Positions 1 to 12,186 of a stretch of DNA of 64,000 bases are shown one piece after another; the first letter of the stretch is position 1, and each line of letters begins with the position of its first letter. The notes beneath the pieces are model-generated. The model did not search any database. It was not told the origin of the DNA and worked only from the letters and a program-made list of their open reading frames with translations. A program made the position numbers and the translations under genes. The DNA lies in assembly GCA_040285855.1 (NCBI GenBank), contig JAUFOQ010000013.1:620001-684000 (forward strand), in the 5' to 3' direction. The stretch comes from Eukaryota sp. GEM-RC1. Taxonomy: Eukaryota.

Positions 1-1998
1 AACGAACGTGTGAAACACGCTTCCACATCGGACACGTATCCGAACGGTGGGAATTCAACAATTCAATTCTTTCAAAGATTTCTCACTCTCTCCTCATTTC
101 AAGATGACTAGCTCTCAACAAAGTTGAAGACTCAGAGGACGATGTGATAGATGACCCTTTCTTGTAGGTAGTGACTAGTGACAAAATAAAGTACCTCTAC
201 TTTTTGAGAACAAAAGGAGCACACGTGTCCAAAAACAAAACGAACGTGTAAAACACGTGTCCGAACGTGTCCGACACGAACTAGTAGTCTATCCCGATCA
301 ACGTAAGCCCCGCCTTACAGGAGACTTCACTGGTTCCGATGGAATTAACGCGTTGACCCGAGTTGTCGAACCGAATATTCCAAAGATCATCGACATCCTG
401 GAATTTCTGAGTGAAGCTAACTTCATAGTGAGCTTGGATCTTCCGAAAGCCTTCTGGCAATTGAATCTTGTAGAAAGTGACAGAGACAAGACAACTCTAG
501 TAATCCGTGAGAAATCCATCCGATTCAAGAGAGCATGTTTTGGGCTCAAGAACGTTCCTGCAATATTTCAAAATTTGATTTTTGACCATGTTTGACCATG
601 TTGTCATATTCATCTAAATCGATGACATCATCATAGTAGAGCCGAATCCGATTCGTTCCAGTTAAAGCATACACACGACCTTGGCCTATCCAAACGCAAC
701 TGCGTGACTAAGAAACACCCACTAAAGATCTTGGGTAGTAAGTTCGTCAACAATACACGCAGTATTGACCCTTCGCGTATCACAGCTCTCCTAGAGTTGC
801 CCGTACCAACAACTATCAAAGAGGTTCGTAGCTTCGTGGGTTCGATAAACTACAGTACATGAAAGACTTTATTCCTTCTGGCCCCAATCATCAACCTAGT
901 CAAGAACAACGCTCGTTCAGTAAAATGGACACCCCTCCTCCATCAATCTAATTTTGAGACAATCAGAAATAAGATCATAAATCACATGCCTCTCAGTCTA
1001 CCAGACAGGGATAAACGCGTACTGATAAGTGCTGATGCCAGCGATATCGCCGTAGGCGGTGTCATTTGGCAGGAAATACCTCCTAACGCACAAGATGGAA
1101 CTCCATTGAACAACAGGAAAGTTATCTCACTAGCTTTCTACAGCAAACTCCTAACGGAATCTCAACAAAACTGGGCAACAATTCAGAAAGAGTTGTACGC
1201 TATTGTTCTGATCCTAACGGAATCCCCCATGTCATCATTCCTCCTAAGCAGGGATCTAACCATCTTTACAGATCATAGAAACCTAGCTTTCCTCATCTCA
1301 GCACCTGAGAAAAACAGAGTAGTCAAGCGTTGGATACCCATCCTAAGCGAATTCCAATTCTCAGTGATCCACACTGTTGGAGCAGACAACTACTGGGCAG
1401 ACATGTTATCTCGAAACATTGAAACCTCTCAACCCGAAAACATAAACCTAGTCACATCTTGCCCCGAGCCGATGTTCTCTAGAGTCGATGGACTATGTCG
1501 CACTGATGACGATATGGATTATCAATCACTGACCTCCGAGTCAATCAACATGATTAGTGAACCATCAATTAGTGAACCATTAATCAACAAGTCAAAAATT
1601 TTGACGCTTGGCTATCGAAGATACGCTCCACACAAGTAGAAGCCAAGAACAACAACGACGTACTGTTCCAGCATCCCACTGCTGTATACAACGACGAGCT
1701 CCAGCTATTCCTAAATAGCGATGGTAAGATCCTCATATTTATGAGTCTTCGGAATACCACGATGAACCACATCCACGGTTTTCCTCACACAGGCCACCCC
1801 AGCCTAAGCGACAGCATTGATCGACTGAACTCTAGTGACTATTTCTGGCCTAAAATGCCAAAGATATGACGAAACACTGCGCGCAATGCCCAGCTTGTCA
1901 AGAGTCAGCCTTCCTTGCAAAACACAAAATCAAACCATCAGGTAACCTTTGGGCAGACAAATCATTTGCAAAAAGAACACCGATACCATCGGACCTTT
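1..1998 (+). mobile_element. Truncated, decayed Ty3/Gypsy pol copy (RT, RNase H, start of integrase); 5' part lies outside the window
   Basis: Near-identical to 12838-14808 (offset about 12837). RT motif LDLPKAFWQ...FGLKNVPAIFQ; RNase H ADASDIAVGGV...KELYAIV...FTDHRNL...ADMLSR. Similarity stops after ggacctttA. Confidence 0.92.
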
Positions 1999-3702
1999 AT
2001 TCTTCTCCATTACCTTGGGTTATATCACACAAGGTAAATAGAATGTGTTATTTGTTTTTCAGCCAAGTTTTGGAGTATAACTACATCTACTGGTGAAGCA
2101 GTGTCACAACTACAGCCCTTTTCTCAATGTTTCACAATCAAGAAACTAATGTTTCTCTGATAAGTCAGTCATTGATTTAAGTGAAATCATCAATGTTCAA
2201 CAGGCCTTTGACTTTTGTGGCTTTATATTGTCTGATGAAGATTTCCTGAATGGTATTAGTCCAATTCAGGTAAACGGTTTGGTAAACTTCATTTTAAGTA
2301 ATGATTCTATAGAGTTTGAGGATCTTTTGAATATTATTGGAGTACTATCGGTTCCAAAATCTAAATCATTCTAATTGCTATCCATCAACATTCATTTGGT
2401 TATGTTGGGTGTTTAAATTCATTTTGAAACTGAGTTGGAAAGTATTACCCAAGCTTCTCGGAGCGAATATTTTTTAATAGTACATGTAGATTCTTTTAAA
2501 TTATTATAGGTATATTTATTGTTATGGTCACGACTCATGGTTCAAATGAGTAGAAAGGATAATCAACAGTTTCTTCAGTTCAATTTCTTCTATTTTTATA
2601 GATATTGAGGGCATATATGTGTACTGCGTGGGATGTCGACGTAAGATGGAAAACGAAAATCCATTAATTTGTTATTGATTGGACATATTGATTAGTCCGG
2701 CATTTACTTTGAAAATATGATCTCGAACAAACTGGTGGATGTAAATGGGAGATTTTTGTTTCAAGAGAGTTATAGATTTCTAAAAAGCTCAATTATCATC
2801 TGAATTTCAGGTTTTTATGAACATGTAGAAAATTTCACGATGTGATACAAAAACACAAAATCTTGTTGAAATGACGCACAGATATCACAAGTTTCAGCAT
2901 GTAATTGTATTAACTTGGGTCGTCGGAGTAGGTGGGTTTTAATATTTACAATATTATTAAAAATAATAAATTTAATATCTATGATATTATGTGACATATG
3001 ATGAGTGAAGTCTGCAATCCATTAAAGCTGAATACGATGTAAAAATGAAAGCAGCAGGCATTATATCATAGTAGCAGCTCTGGACAACATACTCCCTGTA
3101 TGTATAGCGAGGATTTACTCGATGATGAAGCAAAAGTATGCGTCACTCCATTTGACTCCCACAGCCAGTTATCAGACATAACTGGCTGTATGATAGCCAG
3201 CAACATACAATCCCTCAAAGTAACAGAGGTCGTCCACAACGTACTCAACAAAAGGTAAGGTGGTTTTAAAATGTCCCAAGTATAGCCTCCACCTAAGAAA
3301 TGTCTGTTTTCATGTTGCAACAATTCATATCATCTTCTTATCATCTTCTTTATACTTAAGTAGACGTATACGTTCACTGCGGTCCTTGATAAAAACTGTT
3401 ACATTTTCACTACCTCATGCATCGCCTACGTTGTTGGAGCTGCTTTCTCCTTCCGTTTTGAAAGAAAATGTAAGCATCTTCGTTTCTCCAGTATTGTTGT
3501 AGTTATAGCGTTGTGTAATTTCATATTAGGTTTTTATCTTCCCCCTTACATCTATAGCAGTTCTTCTCCGTATAAAGGTTCTCCTCTTTATAATATGTCC
3601 CATTATAGTGCACAAAGACCAATAGTATAATATATTTCTTGTCATCCGTGAAGTTTGCTCCTTAATTTTTTCATTTGATTCCCTCTTGATCTCTTCAGAA
3701 CA

Positions 3703-3933
3703 ATGTATATTTCGCTACGTAGACCTTTCAATGACACTTGTCAATCTCTCTTAGTTACTTCAACTGTTGTCGAGTTGATTATTCAAATAGCTCCTCTTAT
3801 TGACTCAGCAATTGCTCTTGCAGAAGTATTTTATTGCAATACTTCAATGAAAAAAGTTACTCTGTCTGTGACTCCCGGTTTTATCGTTATGCTATTATTC
3901 TCTTTTCACCACTTTCAACTAATTCAATGTTAA
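3703..3933 (+). pseudogene. Possible remnant of an RI-like LRR gene
   Basis: SAIALAEVFYCNTSMKKVTL resembles one unit of the AIALADALKVNSTVTEINL repeat at 50.3-51.3 kb. Only one unit is visible. Confidence 0.3.
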
Positions 3934-4317
3934 ACTCAATTGATTTATCTAATTTTAAATAGTTCAAGTATTGAAAGTTTTTTGTTTCCAGGTTGTTGTG
4001 GTTTTTTTCTACAATATTTGATAGTCTGAAGGAGCAGTCATATCTTAATGGAATTTTTTTTGAAAATTTTAGCTTCAATAGTGCACATCTCACGGAGTTT
4101 TAAAATTCAATGATTTTTTGAAAATGATAACTTCAACGAAATGCTCCTCCGATTTTTAATTCTCTGGAATCTTATGCTTCCTTGTCAAAATTACTTCTTA
4201 AGCCGAACAAGTATCTCAACAACCAAGAACTCGAGTCCTTAGGTCAAACGTTGCAAATACTTGTTCATCTGTTCTAAACTTTCACGACATATTTATTAGT
4301 TCATTTCAGACTCAGCA

Positions 4318-4801
4318 TTACCCAATCCCAATAGTAACTTGCAGATGTTGCAAAGCTTGTTCAATATCTATTTTAGCTCCTAATCCTTCAAAATATTTAG
4401 AAGCCTCTTGAAAATGTAACCCCATGATCATTCTAGAAAGCACATCCCAAAGAATGTATAGCTTCCGCATTCCCCACGTGTGTAGCCACTGGTAGATAAT
4501 TGAAACCTTTTTCAATAGCCGTTGTAACTCCTAGTTCTTTAGAACTACAATGATAAAGAATATAAAATACTTCATAATAACCGAATTCTGTGGTTTTTTG
4601 GAATCACAACAGAGTGTCATTTAGACTTTCACCGACTCTGCAAGAAACAATCTCCCAAATTAATACATTTCCCATATCAGCAGCTCTTGCAAAATTCTCT
4701 TCGACTCCTAAACTTGAACAATAGCAATTTGCTAATTTAAAAATAGAATCAAACGTGATTGTGATTAGCACCTTCATTAAACAAGGTAAAAGCTTTTTCA
4801 T
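4318..4801 (-). pseudogene. Degenerate Sel1-like repeat gene fragment
   Basis: SIFKLANCYCSSLGVEENFARAADMGN and YFEGLGAKIDIEQALQHL resemble the Sel1 consensus (LG..Y..G.GV..D...A). The frame is broken. Confidence 0.45.
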
Positions 4802-5727
4802 AATTCGCAGTCACCAATTTTCTATGGAATAACGGCAGTCCTCCTAGATACAGTTGAATATCAATTTTGAGCTCTTTTTCACGTGATGAGCAGAAGTCAA
4901 AAGAAGTCTTTGCAGCAATGTAACTCATATAAGCCCCAAGATTAGTATATTTACGGATTTCTTATCAAAATTTAAAAACTGCATTAGATTCGAATCAAGT
5001 TTCTCCATGATCAATGAAAATTAAAATTTGAAAAGGTCCATAACAGATTCTTTGGAAAAAGCGTTGCCAAGAAGAAAGTCTAGCTAAGCCAATTTCAATC
5101 GGTCATACTTGGAAGTACATATCCAATTGAAAAACTCTAAAATGTTTGAAATATCAAATTCAACACAGTTTTGTTAGTGAAAAAGACCAAAAAATCGATC
5201 CAAAAACATTTTCAAATATACCCAAAAATTGATTAGAACATTCAAGACAAATTGGATGTCAAATCGACAAATTGACAAATAAATGCAGATGTAAACAAGT
5301 ACCAAAAATGAATCAACTAATCAAACTTCAATTTTATATACGTGTTTTTAAAAGACACCCACCCGTATTTAGGGCAAGATTCTAAAATTTAAAATTAACT
5401 GTTTTGGATACATTTCAATTTGTTTCACAAGCCTTCTGTCATTCTCTCAGTGACAAACTCACTTGCTGGAACTGAAGAAGAGAAGGAATGATGCAAAGCA
5501 TACTGACATTTTCAGGAGTAAAGAGTTGACAGGACTGAAAAGAAGATATCATTTAGAACATGGGCAGAAATGTACTAAGTTGATGTCAGATAGGTATTTT
5601 TGTACCCAAACCCTAAATTGCAACCGTTTTATTTCTTTTTAGATGCAAGGTTCATGATTCAGTAAGGGATCAATTATATTGTGTGTGTGATCTTTAGTAA
5701 ACTAACAGATGAACAAATTTTAATTTT

Positions 5728-8700
5728 CTAAGTTTTCAATGATTGCAAAGGATTCATCTTGATATCCGTGATCCCACTGATTTCTGGCTTTTTAATTTTT
5801 GAATTGCGTTTAAAAAACTGTTTAAACTGTTCTTTGTTCCTCATAAAGATATCCTCCGTCAATTCCAACAGAAAAGCAAACACACCAGACATACCAGCTA
5901 CAGTACCAAGAACTGTCCCTGCTAAGGTCATAAAGGTACGTGATGCAGACCTATCAGTCATTAATGCTAAAGAGAATGAATGGAACTGAAACTCCACTTT
6001 AAAACCAGTAGCGTGGTGGAATTGAGTGTTAGAGACAACAGAACCTGCAGAAGCAGATTCAAATCGAAGGTGATATCCTGTATTAGACTTAGCAGGTTCA
6101 ACATTGTCAGTGAAGACAGAAGGAATTAACTCGTATGAAAACACACTAGGATTATTCCCTTTCAAAACCATATTCTGAGGAGCACTGACTGAAGAAGAGA
6201 TGTTAGAGAAGGCGTTAGGAAGTGAAGCAAATGTTGAAATGTTAACAGCGACTGCATTGGCGTACGATGCTTCATTGTTTGATTGGATAGAAAGTGAACT
6301 GATTGAGTTAGTTAACTGACAATCAAAATCAACTGAAATGAGACACGAATCAACAGAAGTTCCATCACCTATTGATGACGTGATGGTTGCCGGACAATCC
6401 ACACCATTAGTTTGCAAAACAAACGACTCATTGGAACAACCAGTTGAATATCCTTGAAATTCTATAACAAAGAAACCATGAAAAGTTAAGTTTTTGGGTG
6501 TTAAAAACACTGGTTCTAAAGTTCGAGTATATGAAATATTGTCATATTGATATTCAAAAAACAAACTGCTTGCCATGAATAGAAGTCCTGCTATAAATAA
6601 CCATGAATAAAATCCTCCTAGTTTAGTTTCTCGTTGGATAATTGGTTGGTTGTTTTCGGTATAATGACTTTGATTAAAAAAATCAAAATATCTGAAGAAT
6701 GGTCCTTCACTTATGAAAACGGAAGCAATAATTAACAGCGTCACAGCCAGAATCAGCAAATACAGAGCAATTGTTGAATATTCTTCTAGTTTTGCTAGTT
6801 GAGACGGTGGAAGTTCGGGTTGTTCTGAAATAAAATCAGCCGTAACATTCTCGCTTGAAAGTGGAACAACACTTCCAACAGGGCAATACTTATCCTCTGG
6901 GCATGGTTCACAGTGAGAAGAACCATAGTTAGGATTATAAGTAGAGAAAGGACATGGTATACATGACTCAAATCCATTTCCACCAATGAAATCACTGAAA
7001 AAACCAGGATCACAAGGTCTGCAACTAGTGCCATTGCTTGAATAAACACCATAAAGCCCATTCTCACAGGCAACGCAACCTCCAAGCTCATCAGCAGCAC
7101 TACCAATAAAGCAATCAAATTCACAATCAATAATCAGAAAATCAGAACAAGTCAGATTCATGATTGCAATTGCTGATAAAGGAGATGCTGGTGATCGCTC
7201 CCTGAGGATATGAGAATTACCGCCATACCTCACAACTGAGTTTTGAAATGCAACTACGGTATAATCAGTATCAGTAAAGAAATCATTATCATTAATGATT
7301 CCAAACGTGATACGGGAATCTTCAGTTTCCAATTTGGGAACACTGAAGAAATTAGTGATCCTAAGGATAAAGTCTCTATCATGACCACCAAAAATTAAAA
7401 TGTTATTACCAAACTGAATTAAGTTGAAGGTGTGGACCTGGTTTCGGAATCTAAAAGGTTGGTAAAACCATCTTTTTGATTAGAACCATCAAGTGTTAAG
7501 CTATCAGGAGATATTTTCCATATGTAGGTTTGATTGGCGTTGCGTGAATCATCCCGACCCCCAATCAGCATGACGTATGGATCATCAGTTTGGGCAACTA
7601 GAAGAGAACACCGATCCATTGGAGGAGGCCAGACTTCCTCTGACGTTTGAGAGATTTGAGTCCACCTGCCGGTCTGAAGATTGAGTGAGTAGAGCTCAGA
7701 AGAACGTGACGAAGCAGTGGCACCTCCGTAAACTATTAAAGAATGTTCATACACCGAACAACAAGCATAAGAACGAGGACTTGGAGGTGATCCTTCAGTG
7801 ACAAACCAAGTAAATTCACGTGACACGTGGTCAAAAAAGATGACGTCATTGGTGAGATCAGAAGTTGAAACAGTTTCCCCTCCAAATTGAACAATTCTAG
7901 TACCGTATACAACGCTGCAATGACCAACACGGAGTGGTGGTGCATAAGAGCTTTGAACTTCTAGATAATTCCAAGAATACGTCATCAGGTCAAAATAATA
8001 GACATTCATATCACGTATATCACGAGAAAACGGACGACTTCCTCCAAGTACAAACATCTTTGTTCCAACTACAACTGCTGAGTGGCCAAATGTCCTTGGC
8101 GGAGTCGTCATTGAAGGAGATACAAGGTTAAAGTCAGCATAGGTAGGTGTCATATCTAACAATTCAGGATCAAACTCCAAAATAGAATTCTCTACTTGAT
8201 CAAAGTAATCACCACCAAACAGATACAGTTGATCATTGATAACAAAAGGAACAGAACTCGAGTCCAACCTAAACATTGAACCATCTCTTCTCATTCTAAG
8301 CTGATCCCATGTCCAAGCTGAGATGTTGTTGTTATTAGTTGAAAGAACTTGTAGGATGGCAAAGTTAGCAACAAAGGGGTAAGTTGTGGCTATATCCCAT
8401 CCTCCAAAGATGAGAAGCTTTTGATTAATGAAAAGTAAGAATCTGAAATTCTTGTTGGTGCACCCGTAATTATGTCAGTTATATTTTCATAAAGAGAATA
8501 AACTGTAGGTAAACTGTCATTTGACAAGTCAATCTCTACTGTTGCAATCCAGGTATGAAAATCATGACTAACTACCACAGCTCTCAGAGTAAACACGTGT
8601 GGTGACGTTTCAACTATGGACTGAACCACCATGTTTGCACCTCTGCGTCCCACTTCTAGTTCTATGTCTGAGAGAGTCTTGACTTCATAAAAAGTAAGAG

Positions 8701-9250
8701 TTTCAAAGTCAAACAGCCATAAAGCTGAGGTAGGTGTAGGTAGATAAGGGGAAGTAAGAGCAGGAAGTGTAAGCACAATAGCAAACTCGTGATCATTCAA
8801 AGAGAATTGAGAACTGGAAAGTACAGCTCTCAGAGGAAGTTGTTGGCCTTGAGCTGGAGTAGATCTCCAACTAAGAGACTCGAAACTCCAGATATAGATA
8901 TCAGTAGAAGGAGCGTTGTTGAGTTCTCCACCGAATTGAATTAGTTGAGATTTATGGTACCACAGAAAACCTCCAGAAGGTGGTAAGGTACCAGCAGATG
9001 GATACTGAAGCCAGAACTTAGAGCTCTCGGTTCCAGGGGTCAAAGACCAGTCTGTGTGAAGGAACCATAATTCAAAGAGATCGTCATCATGTTGGTCAAT
9101 GCCACCCCAGAATGCAACAAGGTTCAAGTCATGCAGATCGACAGTAAGAGTCCTTTGACGAAAAGAAGGTGGATTTCCACTAAGGGGGACCTGGTACCAA
9201 GTGGAAAAAGCGGTATGAGTGAGGAGCAGGAGCAACAATAGGTGTTTCAT
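5728..9250 (-). CDS. Membrane protein of about 1170 aa: signal peptide, Kelch beta-propellers, Cys-rich (GCC2/GCC3, ephrin-receptor-like) module, about 3 TM helices; two frameshifts
   Basis: N-terminus MKHLLLLLLLTHTAFS. Kelch motifs LYLFGG, MFVLGG, IVQFGG, LIVYGG. Cys-rich CRPCDPGFFS...CIPCPFSTYNP...CEPCPEDKYCPVGS. The three track ORFs join by single frameshifts near 8420 and 7440, which restore Kelch motifs KLLIFGGWD and NILIFGGHD. Confidence 0.8.
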
Positions 9251-10273
9251 GAGCGCCTGGTAGGGTATATTTCCTGGGAAACTATGACTGAGAGGAAGAC
9301 AGTTTGAAGAACAGAACAGGAAATGGCTGATTAACAGTTTTCTTGTTGAATTATTTCAACATAAAAAACTGCTGGTCTCTGTTTATTGCTGGGTTAACAA
9401 TGCAACAGTTGTTCCTCAACGTTGGTTTTTTTACCACAATTATATGAAGTCTTATTTCATACTCTAATGACAAGCACGTCTTGTCTTGTTTTTAATAGTT
9501 GCATGAATTGTATATTTTTGTCAAAAACCGGTATCGAATTATCTGATCCTGGTTTAATTTGGAGAGTGTCAATGAAAGAGAAGTCTAGACGCTGTTATAA
9601 TTTACAGTTCTTACAGTTTAAATTAATGTGAAGAATAGTAAACTACCCTGATTTGATACATTTTACTTGAAACAATTTCTCTCCTGTAGGATTGTTCAAT
9701 ATGAAGTTCATATTATGAACCCACTAGTATCATCAGTAGATACACGTCAGTCATAGCTTATATTTCAAATACCAATAAACATCCATCACCATCTGTTCAC
9801 TCTGCACGGAACAAACCCTCGGTTTAGTGCCGGTCCAAACAGTGGCACTAAACCAAGGAAAGACTGTACCGTTACAAATATTTATTTACTTGAAATGAAG
9901 AAATCAATGTTATGTAATCCAACATTGGAAATCAATCATTGATCTCGACTCTGTCTAGTTCTTGAACAAGTTGGAAGTTGGTTGTATTTGTCTTGTGCAA
10001 TTTGAAATAGGTGTGAGCCAGCGTTGGAAGATACGCGTGGACACGTACGGACACGGACACGGTGTCTTTTCAAAAACACGCAAAAAGACACCATGTATCT
10101 ACGTGTTTTTCTGCAAAAAACCTAGGAAACTTCGAAAGTACCATTTTATTTCCCTCAACAGTGTTTGGCTTGAATGTTTTTCTATATGTTATACCACAAT
10201 AGACTACAATGCCAGCAAAAAGTAGTAAACATACTGACATAATGAGCTCTCAAACAAATCTAGAGCACCAATT

Positions 10274-10339
10274 TGTTAGTACTGGTACATTACCCTTAAA
10301 CTAAATTTACTTTACTCCATCCCATGTCTACAGACAACA
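10274..10339 (+). repeat. 5' LTR (66 bp)
   Basis: tgttagtactggtacattacccttaaactaaatttactttactccatcccatgtctacagacaaca; 4 mismatches to 15832-15897. Confidence 0.88.
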
Positions 10340-10692
10340 ATAATTATTGTGTCCCTTGCGGTTCTGCTCCGTGTGACGCACAACCCCCTCATTCACCAGA
10401 GTACCAGGACCCTACAATGAGTAGGTTTGTTATAGAGGGTTTCAACGCAATCCTATAATTCCCGTACAAGGGTTTTGTACCTGTCAGGTCTTTCAAGACG
10501 GGTTCCTCAAAGTTATTTCAGGACCAACCTGGTCCTTTCCAACAAGGCTTAACAGAGGAGGAACGAAAAATAGCAGACCGTCACATGGTTCCATCAGATC
10601 GACAAATGGTCCATGATTTTCTTCATGGGGCTAAAGATAGAACCGATTACCTCTGAAATCGCTATCCCAAACCAGCTCAGGCAGCCATTAGA

Positions 10693-12120
10693 TTGATCCG
10701 GACACAATTCAACGACGAAATTCTACCCCTCAAAGGTACGTATACCATCCACGACGACCGAGGAAGACCCCATACCATTCATACCATTCTTATGGACCCT
10801 AGCATACCGGATTCCATGATCCCTGTTAGAATATGCTGGGAAACTAGTTATGAAGTATCAACGGGTCGAACTTTCGAAAAGTCGAATTCGAACCAAAGAA
10901 TTCACCCATCAGGTTCCAACCCAAATTTCATCAATCACCTTCTGAACAATCAAATCCACTACCTGATGTCCACCAGCTTGGTCTCTCTATGAGTGACCTT
11001 AGCACGACATTGACATCCCCCTCAACTGATCTCCTACACCCTGGCTCCGTCAGCATCCACTTCGGTTGTGGAATACCCCTCCCCAATGTCAGATAGTGTC
11101 GTCACCTTTGAACAGAAATTCCCCGTCGACTCTATGAAGAACTCTAAGCTTCCACCTACGATGCTTACGAGTTTACAGCCCAATGACATCATTGACTTTG
11201 CAACAGACTTTCTTCAATCGAGCGTAACGGACCCTAACCACAAACCACTGGTAGGTGCTCCATTCGGATGGCCAAGGCACTTCTTCGACTTTGTTCGAAC
11301 TGTTGCAGCAAATGATGACCCTTCTTACATCCAACGCTTCGTGAAGTTCGACTTACAGTCCCAACTGTTAATGTAAAAGGAGTGGGATGGTAAGAACCAA
11401 AAGAGCTCTCCTCAAGCGTACTCAGTTCGCGGACGAGACTACAGCATTGAATGATCTCAACCAGTTCAAAATGAAGTGGTCCATCGCAAATCCCGAAGAG
11501 CGATGGAGTGAATTCATATCACGTTTACACAGAGTTCTCCAAAGAACCCAAGCAATCCAGCCGAAAAACAAGCCGATGACTGCCTTGTCAGACAAAGCTA
11601 TCATCAAATCTATTTTATCGAACCTTGGCATTGTATCCATCTGGATCGAATTTTATTGGCCTCTCTACTAAGATTCTCAAGACATCCAGGGATTGATCTA
11701 CGAGGTCAAACAACGTTACGACACTTGGTGCGAAAGATGGCAATCTGCTTCAGCCAATGTCCAGAACGAACAACGAATCGATGAAATCGCTAACCTCAGA
11801 GATACGGCAACTTGGGAAAACCTCCCCAAATCCTGGACTTCTCGCCCCTTTATCCCGGTTCAGTCTAGTGAACCCGGTAAATCTAGAAGATCGGCTTCCA
11901 GCTCCAAACCACCCTCGAAGAAGCCTCGATCTGAACCGACGCCTGTCGATTTTGGGGCGAAATGGGCCACTCGTTTACTCAATGTCCCAACCCTGAATGT
12001 AGACATAGTGAACTTCCTCTAGACCAACGAAACGCCAGGAGTACCGCCTTCACATCACCAAATCGTAGTCGTAGCAAGAAGCAGTTTAATAAAAAGTCTA
12101 AATACCCCAACGCATAATCA
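10693..12120 (+). pseudogene. Gypsy gag (fragmented)
   Basis: Successive short + ORFs between the 5' LTR and protease. Degenerate zinc knuckle CRFWGEMGHSFTQCP near 11944-11988 in an alternative frame. Confidence 0.65.
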
Positions 12121-12186
12121 GTACATATAAACACCCTTGTCGATATAACTGACAACACATCATCATCAATTCAATCAAATTCCATA

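Noticed and set aside
2000..3700. Short ORFs after the first Gypsy copy; likewise 18274-18480, 52625-52965, 58345-58722 and 63634-63930
   Set aside because: No recognisable motifs; lengths are compatible with chance or decayed fragments.
10340..10365. Primer-binding site of the Gypsy element
   Set aside because: No TGG-initiated tRNA complement could be assigned by eye.
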